The translations under genes and the position numbers were made by a program. The notes below the pieces were generated by a model that worked only from the letters and a program-made list of their open reading frames with translations, did not search any database and had not been told where the DNA came from. A stretch of 64,000 nucleotides of DNA from Chlorokybus atmophyticus (lineage: Eukaryota; Plantae; Mesostigma and Chlorokybus algae): positions 1-64,000 of the forward strand of contig RHPI01000101.1 of assembly GCA_009103225.1 (NCBI GenBank). Reading direction: 5' to 3'. This document shows, piece after piece, positions 10,960 through 23,055 of the stretch; position 1 is the first letter of the stretch, and every line of letters begins with the position of its first letter.

Positions 10960-12021
10960 GATACCTCGTGGTCCATCTGTAGGTGCACCTTGTTGTGGAG
11001 GTCGGTGCCCCAAGTCCACATTGCCCCTCGTGTTCAACCAGGCAGCCGTTGCCAACAAGCCACAGCCACTCTTAGCCAACCAATCGCAGCAAGACCCCGC
11101 CCTAACACCCAGCCCATCACAACAACTCCCTTTCACACCGCAATCGCAGGGGCAAGCTAGAATGCATGCGTTCTTGATGCATTGTGCACGTTGCTTCTTG
11201 CTCAACTTCAAACTATGATGCTTGCTTCTTTTATAACTGGCACAGTGACTCACTGTATGCGTTCTGGATACACTGTGCATGTTGCTTCTTGCTCAACTGT
11301 GAGGGTTGCATCTTTCATGGCTGGCAGCATGACTCACGTGGTTGTGCTTGCAGAGGGTTAATTGGAAGCCCCAACATAAACGCATTTGGCCGTGATGTAG
11401 CAACCTCAGTCGTCAGCAACCCTTCCCAAAGCAAGTGGAAGATTGGCAACGAGGTAAGCACTATGTGACACTGTGACACTGTGTGTAACGGATTGTTTTT
11501 CTGTGGACAGCATTTGCGAGATGTCGTTGTTAAAATCATAAACGGCCATAGGGTAGATAGCCATGTTTATCCCAAAGAGGACACTATTCATAACGTCATG
11601 TGTCAGGTGCTGTGAATGCTTCATGACCTCACTGCAACGTGACACTGACCAACCTGCCCGTAACAGGTAGTTGGCTTCGACCATGACAATAAGGCCGATG
11701 CCGCCAAAGTCTATGAGGTGTACTGGACGCCCAAGGTATGCCCCTTTCACTGGAGTGTCGCCATGAAGAAAGCTACGCAGGTCCGGTATGAGAACGTCAC
11801 CAAGATGAAGCTTGTCCCCGCGAAGGAGTATAAGTGGACACTGTTTAACAGCAACAAGCGCAAGTGAGTTGGGTCCCTCACCACCATGTCTGCTATGCAA
11901 CACTGCCTTGTTACTCAGCCTCCATACACACGTACGCATCTCGCCTATTGTATCCAATTTAATCAGGCACATCGACGCCCCAATGAATCCTGAGACCCAA
12001 AAAGCCCAGATGCGCAACGCG
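10960..12021 (+). pseudogene. 5' part of spliced orphan gene X (putative DDE transposase-like), interrupted by element 2
   Basis: Phase-compatible exons: ...GLIGSPNINAFGRDV...KWKIGNE | HLRDVVVKIINGH...NVMCQ | VVGFDHDNKADAAKVYEVYWTPKVCPFHWSVAMKK...SNKRK | HIDAPMNPETQKAQMRNA. The frame continues LQNK across the ACGCG TSD. Confidence 0.5.
11163..11338 (+). repeat. Degenerate two-unit tandem repeat (~90 bp) in an intron of gene X
   Basis: ATGCGTTCT(T/G)GAT...GTTGCTTCTTGCTCAACT...TGACTCAC occurs twice in tandem. Confidence 0.65.
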
Positions 12022-12405
12022 TGTAACGGGAGCAATAATTATAGGGGTATTATTGCTACCTAAATAACACATGCTGTATGAATCAGTATCTAAATATGCT
12101 TAGGTACCTTACGATAGGTACCTTTCGATAGGTACTTTATTGATAGGTACCTTATCTGAGCTATGATTGGCTCACGCTAAATTTCCTAACTACCCTATCT
12201 GTAGGGTCGATGTCTAGTTGTGTTAATTATCGAGAGGCATATATCTGATATACTCTTCATATTAAAGGTCACATCAAACTCATGTGACCTCACTTTCAGT
12301 TCTCTGCTCAGTGGCGGCCACGCCGCTGAAACGCTTGTCATAGGCGGTGTGGGTGTTGGGGTAGAAAATTGAAGGGGCATCACCGGCGACGGTGGTGCTG
12401 TTACA
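12022..12405 (+). repeat. 5' LTR of element 2 (384 bp)
   Basis: Homologous to 19461-19988 at roughly 90% identity but lacks a ~144-bp block. Contains four tandem GATAGGTACCTT-like 14-mers (~12100-12155). Confidence 0.93.
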
Positions 12406-14168
12406 TTGGTATCCAGGAGCTGGGGGGTGACGTGGGTACTTATATGGGGCGGCAACCTGCTTTCGGCCAATCAGAAGTCGGCGGCGGCTTTCTATTCGTC
12501 CACGCAGCCCCAGCTTCAAGTTAGCTTCCCTGCGCTACCTCGTTGAAGCCACCCATCAAAGAGGCGGCCTCGCCACGTGTGAGGTACCATCACACACGTT
12601 GGTAACTTGCCTGCTTGCCTGCTGCTTGCCAGGTGCACGTGTGTATTTTCATGCACATCATTTAGTGACTTGCCAGTGCATGAGTGTGGCTTGCTAGTGC
12701 GCCATCACTACTTGTCACACTTAGTGCACTATCATTGCTTGCAGTGATTGCTTGTCATTGCATGCGGTGATTGCTTGTCATTGTGCTTGCCAGTGCATGT
12801 CACAGTCAGTCACTGTACGGCTTGCCTGTTGCATGCCTGTGACATACCTGTGACCTGCCAGCTGCTTTTCTGGGTCGCTTGACCCCGGTCCGCAAGTTCC
12901 AAACCAAGCTGTTCTCGAACCAAGCTGTTCCCAAACCCTCCCCCTCAGGCTTCGGCCTGGAGATCGGGAGTTGGTTATGACAGTTTTGGGGAAGTTCTAG
13001 AACATTCTGTTCCCAAACTTTGTTAGTCTAAAACCCTCCCCCTCTGGCTTCGGCCTGGAGATTGGGACTTGGTTGAGGACAATACAGGGTGAGAACATCC
13101 TAGTCCCATTCAGACTTGTTCTGTTTGGTGACACTCCAGATCCAACCTTTCCTGTTTTGGGACTGGTTTTGACTATGTTTACAACTTGGGGTCATTATGA
13201 TCCTCTCGTTGAACCTAGTCCAATGGTGAGGTTCTCACCATTTTATTTTGCCTATTTTACAGACAAATGGAAGAGAACTCGATGCCCACCTCAAAGGGGG
13301 TAAGCTCGCAAAAAGAGCAATTATCCCGTGAGGAGGAGTTTCCATCCATGGAGGATGTTTCCAACCCGGATGATGCACCTGATGAGTCTCATGCTGCTAA
13401 GGATGTGGATTCCTTCGTGAGACCGGGGCCAGCTCCACCACCATCATTCGTGCAGCCTTAAATTTCAATTCGCTTGACAAAACAGGAGTTGATGGACCAC
13501 TTTCTTGGCACCTATGATGAGGAGCCTCGTGAGGCGATTGTCTCGCTCGTCAACTTCCGCTTTCATGTGGCGGAAAAGATCTTCAAGCTCACCACCTTGA
13601 TGGGGCAAGATTGGGAGGGATCAATGGGTGAAGGCAAATGTGTTCTGAACATGATCGAGCGCCTTCAACGCTCTGACAGTGGCCCACCTGTTCAGGCGCT
13701 TACTCGTCTTGCCGCATTTGTTCCCAACAAGCAAACGGCAATCTTTGACCGGCTCGTGAAGCTGAGGCACTATGTCAACTCCCTTCACATTTGTGAGGAG
13801 GGGAAGTTGTGTGTAGCTGAGTTGCTGATTCCAAACAATGCTCTGGCAGAGTGGTACCGCCGTAAGCAACGTGATACGAACCCCGGGCGGGAAGTGAATC
13901 TATTGTGCTCTTTCATGAAGCAGCGCTATGGCGGCGCAGATCCTGCCCAGATTGCTCGCAGCCAGCTGCACAATCTGCGTCAGAACGGGCATCTGGTTCA
14001 GCAGTACATCCAGAACTTCCAGTCTTTTGTTAGCAAGATTAATGCTGGCAAACTACCCATCAGAGATGCTGATCAGCTGGATATGTTCAGGCGTGGCTTG
14101 GACACAGATCTCGTGCAGCATGTGGCCGTCAACCCCGCGAGTTTGCAAGAGTGGGCCTCAACGGATTT

Positions 14169-15378
14169 CGTCGCAATATTTTTTCCTTGCCGGCCGACCA
14201 AATATTGGCAACGGCCGTGCACCTGAGGACACTAATTTAGATTGTCGTGGCTCAGGCCACCTGTAATCTTGATACAGGGACCTGATAGTAACTTTCGTTA
14301 CTGTAAGGCCCTTTTTGTTACAATTTAGTCTTTAACAGTTGACTATGCCTAACTAACAGGCGCCTGTTGGTTACCTATCAGGCCTTAACAAGTGACTTTA
14401 TATAATTAACAGGCACCTGTTAGTCACACACCAGGCCTTAACAAATGATTTTGTGTGATATACAGGCAACTGTTAGTTACACATCAGGCCTTATTAGGTG
14501 ACTACAACTGATCAACGGGCACCTGTAAGTTACACATCAGTCTTACTTAGGTGACTCAGCCTATGTGACAGGCACCTGCAGGTTACACACCAGTCCAGCG
14601 CAGGCGACTAAGCCTAATTCACAAGCACCAACTAGGTGATTATCGACAAAATAAGGCATTCTTTAACAACTGAAGGTGACTAATGCCTAACTGTCGTCAT
14701 ATGTATTTGCATAGCTTGACTACACGCGACTGTCACTGACTTCCAGCATTGTTATGTGCCTGTGCTGTGTACATGTACCTGAAATGTGTACAGTGTCTCT
14801 CAGTCACTTGCCAAGGCTTGTAGTTCGATTATGTGACTCGAATGCAGTTCTGTTGTATATCATAGGGATGCAAGTATTGATGTGCATGAGCATAATGACG
14901 ATTGACTGAGCTGGTTTAAGATGCACAACACTCAGTCACAAAAGCCTTGTAGCTATGTACACTACCAGCTCAACGGACTACCAACTGCGCTACAGCTCCT
15001 CTCCATCATCACTTTGCTCGTCATTACCGTAATGACGTGTTCCGTGACGGAACAAAGCACCACGCGCTGGGGCCTGTGGAGGAGACGCCGGAGCTTGCTC
15101 TTCCTCCTTAAACGGTTGTGCCAGCCAATCAAATGCCGCTTCTGCCTCAGCGAGCGGGTCACGCTCTGCTGTCTCTTGCAGCCGGCGCCAATTGGGATTT
15201 TCGGTATTCGACACAAGATGCAGTGCGGCGTTTCACACAAGGGTGAATGGCTGGAGGGCTGCGTACCGTTGCCTCATCTCCCGCTTCATTGACATGATCA
15301 TGGTGTTGATTTCGCTGAGGTACTCTTCATGTGTGTCTATACTGGCAGCTAGGAGAGGGTCTCCATCCTTGCCCTTTA
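14169..15378 (-). mobile_element. Inverted, 5'-truncated copy of the 3' end of the gene-X element inserted in gag
   Basis: Reverse complement of ~20408-21592. Both encode LKGKDGDPLLAASIDTHEEYLS.INTMIMS.KREMRQRYAALQPF...EAEAAF.WLAQPF...DDGEEL* and share the 53-bp array. Confidence 0.88.
14303..14655. repeat. 53-bp minisatellite (about 7 degenerate units) with an ACAGG-CA-CCTGT core
   Basis: Cores start at 14356, 14409, 14462, 14515, 14568 and 14621 (exact 53-bp spacing), with a decayed unit at 14303. Confidence 0.9.
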
Positions 15379-15999
15379 GCAAGTTGCCAATGCTGATGCA
15401 GATGGTTGCTGCTATGGACAATGTGAAGCGCTCTCATTCAAATATGCAAACCACAGCAAAAGAGGCAGCCCCGGCTTCAGTTGCAAAGCGCTCGGCCACT
15501 GACAATAAGCATTTTGTATTAAAGGCAAAAACATCTTAGCCTGCTGGCCCCTACAACGCGGCCAAATCCACCATCATTTGCAAGCAGACAGGTCATGGCG
15601 AGGCCAAGTGCTATGCAAAGCAGAATGCATAGAAGGCCAAGCAGCAGAAGGGCAAGAAATAGGAATTGTCCGTGGTTGGTAGCTTAGTCGAGCAAAACGA
15701 CTTAAGCAAACTCTATACTTTTCGATAAAGTTCCCTCTCTTTGTGATGTATCAGATGTACGGGCCGATATGAGCACACCACCTGTGTTGACATGCAAACG
15801 GTTGTGTTCTAATCACTGTTCCATTTTCTGAATTGGTAACTGCTGTTAAGCACTTACATGAGTTGCAATTACAACATGCTGTCACTGCATGTGTAGTTCC
15901 CTCGATATCATAGCCCGTGGTCGCGATTGTTGAAAGGAGGAGAAGTAATTATGCAACTTTCACGCAAAGATACAGGAAATTCACCGTTACAAGTGATCT

Positions 16000-18900
16000 T
16001 CAAGCCTGCTACCAATGACGGCACTCCGACATTAGCTACATTTGATGGTCACTCAGTGCCACTCAAAATGGAGATTTGAGAGTCAACTTATGGGCACACC
16101 ATGTCCAGCATTGATTGATACTGGTGCAAACCATAATTTTGTTGAACTTGCTTGGGTGAAACATAATAACATACCTTTCACACCAGTCACGTTGTATGTA
16201 CGTGCTGCTGGTTCCCTCAATGCAATTGGGGAGGTGAAGGGGCGTTTTGTTATTAACAGCCACAAGACTCGACCAGCTTTCATCGTAATGGATATAGGTA
16301 TTCCCGGGGTGGATGTTGTTTTGGGTGAACAGTGGCACACCGAAGCAGGTTTGCAATTGAACTCTCGAGCAAATACGTGCACCCTTCGTAAGGGTAAACG
16401 TAAGGTGACGTTAACCGCACCTGTACTCGCATGTGTTGCTCGCGACAATGTTCCGCTCCTCTCTGCTATGCAACTGAATTGTTGCATGCGTAAACGTGAG
16501 GAAGTATATTTGATGCACTTACAATAGGTAGAGACACTTGTTGAACAGGCCGTAACTGACCCTGTGGTGCAATCACTTACGGAACAATACGCAGCTGTAT
16601 GTCAAGATGAACTCCCGGAGTTGCCTCCTGATAGAAACATACATCATACCATTTCGTTGGAAGAGGGGGCAAAGCCACCTTGGCGGCCTATTTATAGGCT
16701 CAGTCCCTTGAGACACGCAGAAATGAAGAAACAGCTCAAAGAGTTATTGGACAAAGGTTCGACAATAAAGAGCATATCTCCATTTGGTGCACTAATTTTG
16801 TTTGTGCCCAAAAACAATGGCAAGCTACTCATGTGTATTTAGTACCATGCCTTGAACAACGTAACTGTGAAAAACAGATACCCTTTGCCTCCGATTGATG
16901 ATTTGTTTCATAAGCTGTTAGGTGCAACAGTGTTCAGCACACTAGATTTGACCAGTGGTTATCGTCAAATTAAGATTCACCCGTCAGATATACACAAAAC
17001 TGCATTTCGCACCCCACTAGGACACTTTGAGTATAAAGTGTTACCATTTGGGTTAACAAAAGCACCAGGTACATTTCAAGCAGCAATGAACGCGGTATTT
17101 GCTAACGAATTGTACAAGTTTGTTCTATTATATCTTGACGACATTATTGTGTTCAGCAAAACTCGGGAGGAACACCACAAGCATATGGAATTGGTTCTAG
17201 CTAAGTTACGTGAACACAAATTCTATGCCAACCTGTCCGAATGCAACTTTGCAAAGGATGAACTACCCTTTTCAGAGCATGGCAAAGAAGGATTGAAACT
17301 AGATTCGTAAAAGATGTGTGCGGTGAAGGATTGGCCACCGCCCAAGGATGTACATCAGTTACGTGCTTTCTTAGGGCTAGCCATTTATTTCCGCAAGTTC
17401 ATGCGAGCATATTCTAGCATGGCAAATCCTTTAACATCTTTACTGAGAAAGGATGTTGGATTCGTGTGGACGGAGGCACACGCATTAAAGTTGCATAAAC
17501 ACAAGCCCCTGTGTTAACCTTCCCCGACCACACCAAGCCTTTTGTGGTAATCAGTGATGCTTCCACCATGGGGTGTGGGGCAGTCCTTCTACAGGATGAC
17601 AGACAATGTGCATATATATATATGAAAGCAGAAAGTTCATTCCTGCTGAACGTAGTTACACAACCACTGAGCGAGAATTGCTTGGGGTGGTGCACGCGCA
17701 GCGCACATGACGTTGCTACTTGGAAGGTGTGGAGTTTTCAGTGATTATTGATCACAACCCGCTCACATTCTTTCATACACAACAGAACCTGTCGAGGCGG
17801 CAAGCTAGGTGGAATGAATTAATTTCTCGTTTCACTTTCACTTAGCAATATCGTCCAGGTCGCACTAATGTGGCGGATCCACTAAGGCGTGGCCCTGCTC
17901 TTTTGGCACTTACGCGCTCTCAAAGTACGCATGATGTGCAACAGCCTGAAGATCCTTCCTAAAGGAAGTGTCCACAGGTTATAACTTAGATGATTGGTTT
18001 AGCAGTCAAACTAACTTGCAACAGCTTACTGCTGTTGGCAATCTGTGGTATGAAGGGGAGCAAGTGGCAATTCCCAACTCGGGCGACTTGCGTAAGCAAT
18101 GCTTACATTCAGTGCATGACCCGCCGTATGCTGGGCATTTGGGGAAATACAAAACACTCAAAGCTGCGCAAAAGTTATACTGGTGGCCGTCAATGTCAGC
18201 TGATGTGGATTAATATGTTCGCACGCGACGTGTGTCCACGTAATAAGCCACTACGACAAAAACAAGCGGGATTGCTTAAACCATTGGTAGTTCCAGAATG
18301 AAAGTGGGATGGTGTTAGTATGGACTTGATTACTGACCTACCTGAAACAGCAGCCAAATACACTGCTGTAGTGGTTTTTGTCGACCGTTTGACCAAAATG
18401 GTGCATTTTGCTCCGTGTTGCACAACTGTGAGTGCACGGGACTTGACACATTTATTTGTGTCCACGGTGTTTCGAGTTCACGGTGTACTGCGTGAGCTTA
18501 TCACAGATCGTGATCCTCGTTTTGTCTCCAAGTTTTGAAGAGAAGTCTGTGAATTGTTGAGGGTAAAACAAAGCATGTCGACTGCTTTCCACTCGCAAAC
18601 GGACGGACAAACTGAGCGAGCAAATCAAATGCTGGAAGAAATGCTTCGCCACTATGTGGCTCCTAACCATGCTGATTGGGACAGGTACTTGCCAATGGCA
18701 GAGTTCGTTGTGAACAACGCGTGGCAGGAAAGTGTAAAGGATACCCAATTTTTCTTTCTTTCTAACTTATGGGATTCGCCCGAACACACCAGCGTCATTG
18801 CGTGTACCTCGCAATGCCCTGACTGTACCAGCGGCAAAGGAATTTGCCACTGATATGCAAGAAAATTTGGCTCGAGCTAAGCTATGTCTGTAAAAAACAT

Positions 18901-19314
18901 AGGACAGGCAAAAAGCTTATGCTGATATACATTGAAGAATGGGCACTTTCGATGTTGGCGATAAAGTTTTGCTTAACGCAAAGAACATAACCATCAAAGT
19001 TACGGGTGCTCGCAAATCGCAAACCCAATAGTTAGGTCCTTTCTCTATCACTGATAGAGTTGGCACGCACGCTTATCGACCACTCAGACGGTAGATCACA
19101 GCCTCCACCACCGCCAGTTGAGGTGGACAGCGAGCTCGAATACGAGGTGGAAGGTATATTGAACCATAAGCTAAATAGTTGAGGACGCGCAACTCGCTAT
19201 TTGGTGAAATGGAAAGGGTATGGCCCAAAACATAGCAGTTGGGAAACCGACATGCATCTTACGCACTGCCGCGAGTTGCTTCGAGCTTATTGGGATTCAC
19301 GTCTTGTCTCGTAA
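16000..19314 (+). pseudogene. pol of element 2, many stops and frameshifts
   Basis: Motifs ALIDTGANHNF, KNRYPLPPIDDL, YLDDIIVFS, ISDAS, HDPPYAGHLG, MDLITDLP, QTDGQTERAN and the chromodomain YEVEGIL...YLVKWKGYGPKHSSWE (TGA at ~19180). Confidence 0.93.
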
Positions 19315-19460
19315 ACTGTGGGCTTGGTTTTATGACAGACTGGCGGTGCAGTTTCATTACCACCCTGTCATTTTCTGCTATCTCATTGGTTAAAATTACT
19401 CGAAATCAAGCTTGATCAACTTGAGTTCAACGAGGACGTTGAAAACCTAAGTGGGGGGAA

Positions 19461-19988
19461 TGTAACGAGAGCAATATTAATAGGGGTATTATTGCTACCT
19501 AAATAACACATTCTGTATGAATAAGTATCTAAATATGTTTATTTATACCTCTTTTCTACGGTTCCTCGCTTATTGAAGGCCATGATGCTTTATCATAGCT
19601 TAAATAAGTCCCTATGGGTGTAGAACCGCTTATTCAAGCCTATCTAGTGTCACATTTGATAAAATGTGATCACTATCGCGTTATGTACCTTACGATAGGT
19701 ATCTTTCGATAGGTACCTTATTGATAGGTATCTTATCTAAGCTGTGATTGGCTCACGCTAGATTTTCTAACTACCCTATCTGTAGGGTCGATGTCTGATT
19801 GTGAGTTAATTATTAAGAGGTATATACTTGATATACTCTTGATATAAAAGGTCACATTAAACTGATGTGACCTAAATTTCAGTTCTTTGCTCAATGGTGG
19901 CCACGCCGTTAAAAGGCTTATCATAGGCGGTGTGAGTGTTGGGGTAGAGGATTGAAAGGGCATCACCGGCGACGGTGGTGCTGTTACA
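19461..19988 (+). repeat. 3' LTR of element 2 (528 bp)
   Basis: Follows the PPT, ends GCTGTTACA and is followed by the TSD ACGCG. Confidence 0.93.
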
Positions 19989-20781
19989 ACGCGCTGCAGA
20001 ATAAGTCACAGGCACTATTCTAACATAGCGCAGGCTCAACTTGAACTATCTATGTTGTGATTGATTAATGCCTTGTAAGTATGACTTTCGCAGACAAGTC
20101 ATGGCGGAAATTTAAGGTGACCGACAATGCAGACCCGGAGTGGAGGAGATACATCCATGAACTGGGCAATCCCATAATCTGGCAGATGATCGTGCAATAC
20201 TGGTCTTACGCCGTCACTACATCTGGTCGCCGGCAGTTGACAGTCAACCACCTCGCATACCTGTTGCTTACGGTGAGCACTCTAAACTGACTCACTAGCA
20301 ATTCGGGAATGCTATAGCCCCAAACTACAGGCTTGCAGACGCGCTGCAGTGAATAGTGGCTTTTAATGCCACTACGACATGCCTGTAAACTACGCGGGTG
20401 GAGCGCATCTTAAAGGGCAAGGATGGAGACCCTCTCCTAGCTGCCAGCATCGACACACATGAAGAGTACCTCAGCAAAATCAACACCATGATTATGTCAT
20501 TGAAGCGGGAGATGAGGCAACGGTACGCAGCCCTTCAGCCATTCACCTTTGTGAAACGCCGCACTGCATCTTGTGTCAAATACCTGAAAGATCCCAATTG
20601 GCGCCGGCCGCAAGAGACAGCAGCTCGTGACCCGCTCGTTGAGGCAGAAGCGGCATTTAATTGGCTGGCGCAACCGTTTGAGGAGAAAAAAGAGCAAGCT
20701 CCGGCGTCTCCGCTACATTTCCCAGCGCGTGGTGCTTTGTTTCATGATGACGTGCAAGGCGATGATGGAGAGGAGCTGTAG
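19989..20781 (+). pseudogene. 3' part of orphan gene X
   Basis: Exon TTCGCAG|ACAAG...DKSWRKFKVTDNADPEWRRYIHELG...LAYLLLT|GTGAGC, and a terminal frame 20398-20781. Confidence 0.5.
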
Positions 20782-21089
20782 CGGTTGGTAGTCCGTATAG
20801 CTGGTAGTGTACACAGCTGCAAGGCTCTTGTATCTTAGTGTTGTGCATCTTAAACCAGCCCAGTTAATCGTCATTATGCTCATGCATGTAAAAACTTTCT
20901 TATAATATACAACAGAATGGCAGGCATTTAAGTACATAACCGAACTACAAGCCTTGGCAATTGACTAAGAGACACTGTACACACCTCAGGTACCTGTACA
21001 CAGCACATGCACATAACGATGCTGGCAGTCAATGACAGTCGCGCGTAGTCATGCTATGCAAATGCATACAATCGGTTACCTTTTGTTGC

Positions 21090-21452
21090 TTGAAGAATGC
21101 CTTATCTTGTTGACAATAATCTAGTTGGTGCTTGTTAATTAGGCTCAATCGCCTGCGCTGCACTGGTGTGTAACCTGCAGGTGCCTGTTACATAGGCTGA
21201 GTCATTGAAGTTGGATTGATGTGTAACTTGCAGGTGCCTGTTAATTAGGTCTGGTCATTTATTAGGGCCTGATGTGTAACTTTCAGGTGCTCATTATTTA
21301 AGTATAGTCACCTGTTAAAGGCCTATTCGGTAACTTTTGAGTGCCCGTGAATTATAATTAATCACCTGTTAAGGCCTGATATGTAATTAACAGGTGCTTA
21401 TTAATTAGGCATACTCAACTGTTAAAGACTGATTTGTAACGAGAAAGGCCTG
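21090..21452. repeat. 53-bp minisatellite, inverted homolog of 14303-14655
   Basis: CAGGTGCCTG-like cores at 21125, 21178, 21231, 21284, ~21337 and 21391. Confidence 0.9.
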
Positions 21453-22847
21453 ATAGTAACGAGTTAAAGTTATACTCAAGTCTTTGTATCAAGATTACAA
21501 GTAAACTAAGCCACGACAGTCCAAATAAGTATCTATTGGTGCACGGCCGTTGCTAATACTTGGTGGGCTGGCAGAGGAAACATTTGGCGACGCTGCTGCG
21601 CTTTGAGGGCTTTATCTGCGACTGCCATCAGCGCGTTGCATACGCCACGCACATGCGATGACAATCTTTTAACGGGGAGCGGCAGCAGTAACTGCGATGC
21701 CGGGACGTGGATTCTGTCACATAAGTGTTACAGGACTTGTAGCTAAAAACCCTCTACTTATTGAGGCAGACACTTGCATATTATAAATGGGGTTGCGTTT
21801 CCTAATCGGTTTGTGCGTGATGGAATGGCGTGTGCGGTTAATGATGGTGGCAGCAACAACAGCCAACATTTGCTTGTCAATGATAATAGAGTTGTCTGCA
21901 TGCCAATTGCTGCCGAGCGTGACGTGGCGCTTACTTGTTTTGCTAACGTGATAATGCTACTCAACCAAGGGAAAGGCTAAAACTGTGCACTTGATATCAT
22001 ACAGGAGATGGCGGACGGCTTCGGGCAAGTGGACGGCTTTATATGTATCTTTGTATTTAGTAAAAACAAAGATTGACAATGTCAATTGCCCTAGACGACC
22101 TAATATCAAACTTGATACAAGTTAAGCGTTGATGTCGCATTCAGGTACGGCAATGAAGGTCGGTTATCCGGTCACCGGCTGACCATATGTATGGCGAGCG
22201 GTCAATCCGTCTTTGACTGAATATAGAACTTTTACTTGCTCTAATTCAGTCTCACGATCTAAACTTGCCTAGTTACATGTTTTTTTTACATGTTTATTAA
22301 TGATAAAGCAATACTGATGTCCAAGTAAATAATGTCTTACTCTACAATGCCGCCTCACCTCACATACATTTCAAGTATTATATAACGGATTTAATCGCCT
22401 ACCCTTAAAGCATCCGCATATATTACAGGAGCAAAAACATATATTATCATGATCATAAAACACAATTTTAGTATATGCACGATACAGCTTATATATATAT
22501 ATATATATACATATACACACACATACACACGCGCACACATACACAGGTTGTATGCAAAAAGCGCCATAAAAAACAAATCACGCCATGTATGCATAACTGT
22601 ATTTTATTACTGCAATTGTTTACAAACATATTTGCTGATCCTTGCTTAATTATAATGACATAAATGATTGGATTTCAGTTGCAAAAATCAGTACTATGCA
22701 TATTACATGAAACTATATGGGTATGTAACACTGGAGTTGTTGAATTATACACCAACATGTGGGTGAGGTATATCACCTTTCATAATGAAGTAACATGAAT
22801 AATCAATCAAGGATGTTTACAGATATGTAGCATATCAATTACTCTTC

Positions 22848-22871
22848 GCGCGAAGCGCCCGACATTTTTAG
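22848..22871 (+). mobile_element. Possible Helitron-type 3' terminus (second copy at 32300-32323)
   Basis: GCGC-GAA-GCGC hairpin followed by TTAG|T (CTAG expected), downstream of an AT-rich tract with a (TA)n/(CA)n microsatellite. Confidence 0.3.
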
Positions 22872-23055
22872 TATCTTACGTACGCCATGTCAGCAACTTT
22901 GCTTTTTCATCAGTTACTCTACTTGGAGATTTTGAGTTATTACAAGAAGTGTGTTAAAGAGGTACAAGACTTGACCATGACTTGCTGCTTCAATCAGCTT
23001 ATATATCTGTGACATACTTCTGTGACACCACCAATCTGCCGCGGTGGATGGCATA

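Larger units (their letters stand above)
13267..15660 (+). pseudogene. gag: gag of element 2, with a premature stop and an insertion
   Basis: 13267-13461 and 13474 onward are one frame broken by TAA. Gag motif ARSQLHNLRQNG..VQQYIQNF..F is present. The frame resumes after the insertion (SKLPMLMQMVAAMD) and ends in a degenerate knuckle IICKQTGHGEAKC. Confidence 0.8.
12022..19988 (+). mobile_element. Decayed full-length Ty3/gypsy chromovirus (element 2)
   Basis: TG...CA LTRs at 12022-12405 and 19461-19988, TSD ACGCG (12017-12021, 19989-19993), PBS TGGTATC.. at 12407, PPT AAGTGGGGGGAA at 19449-19460, and gag/PR/RT/RH/IN/chromo remnants. Confidence 0.96.

Noticed and set aside
11406-12035. 209-aa minus-strand ORF as a gene
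   Set aside because: It is antisense to phase-consistent plus-strand exons with canonical splice sites and begins inside the LTR.
14169-14230. Helitron or non-LTR 3' end for element X
   Set aside because: No CTRR terminus, no poly(A) or simple-repeat tail, and no visible TSD at this boundary.
14303-14655. CRISPR-like array (conserved palindromic core with variable intervening sequence)
   Set aside because: The intervening sequences are homologous to one another, there are no cas genes, and the context is eukaryotic. It is a degenerate minisatellite.
13459-19182. TAA/TAG reassigned to Gln (ulvophyte-type code), suggested by in-frame stops in element 2
   Set aside because: Conserved host exons contain no in-frame TAA/TAG and use CAA/CAG for Gln. 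The stops are confined to decayed elements and fit C-to-T decay.
21676-22060. Minus-strand frame YKAVHLPEAVRHLLYDIK...ISRGFLATSPV as a transposon or RT remnant
   Set aside because: Protein-like but interrupted, with no diagnostic motif recognised. Not supportable.
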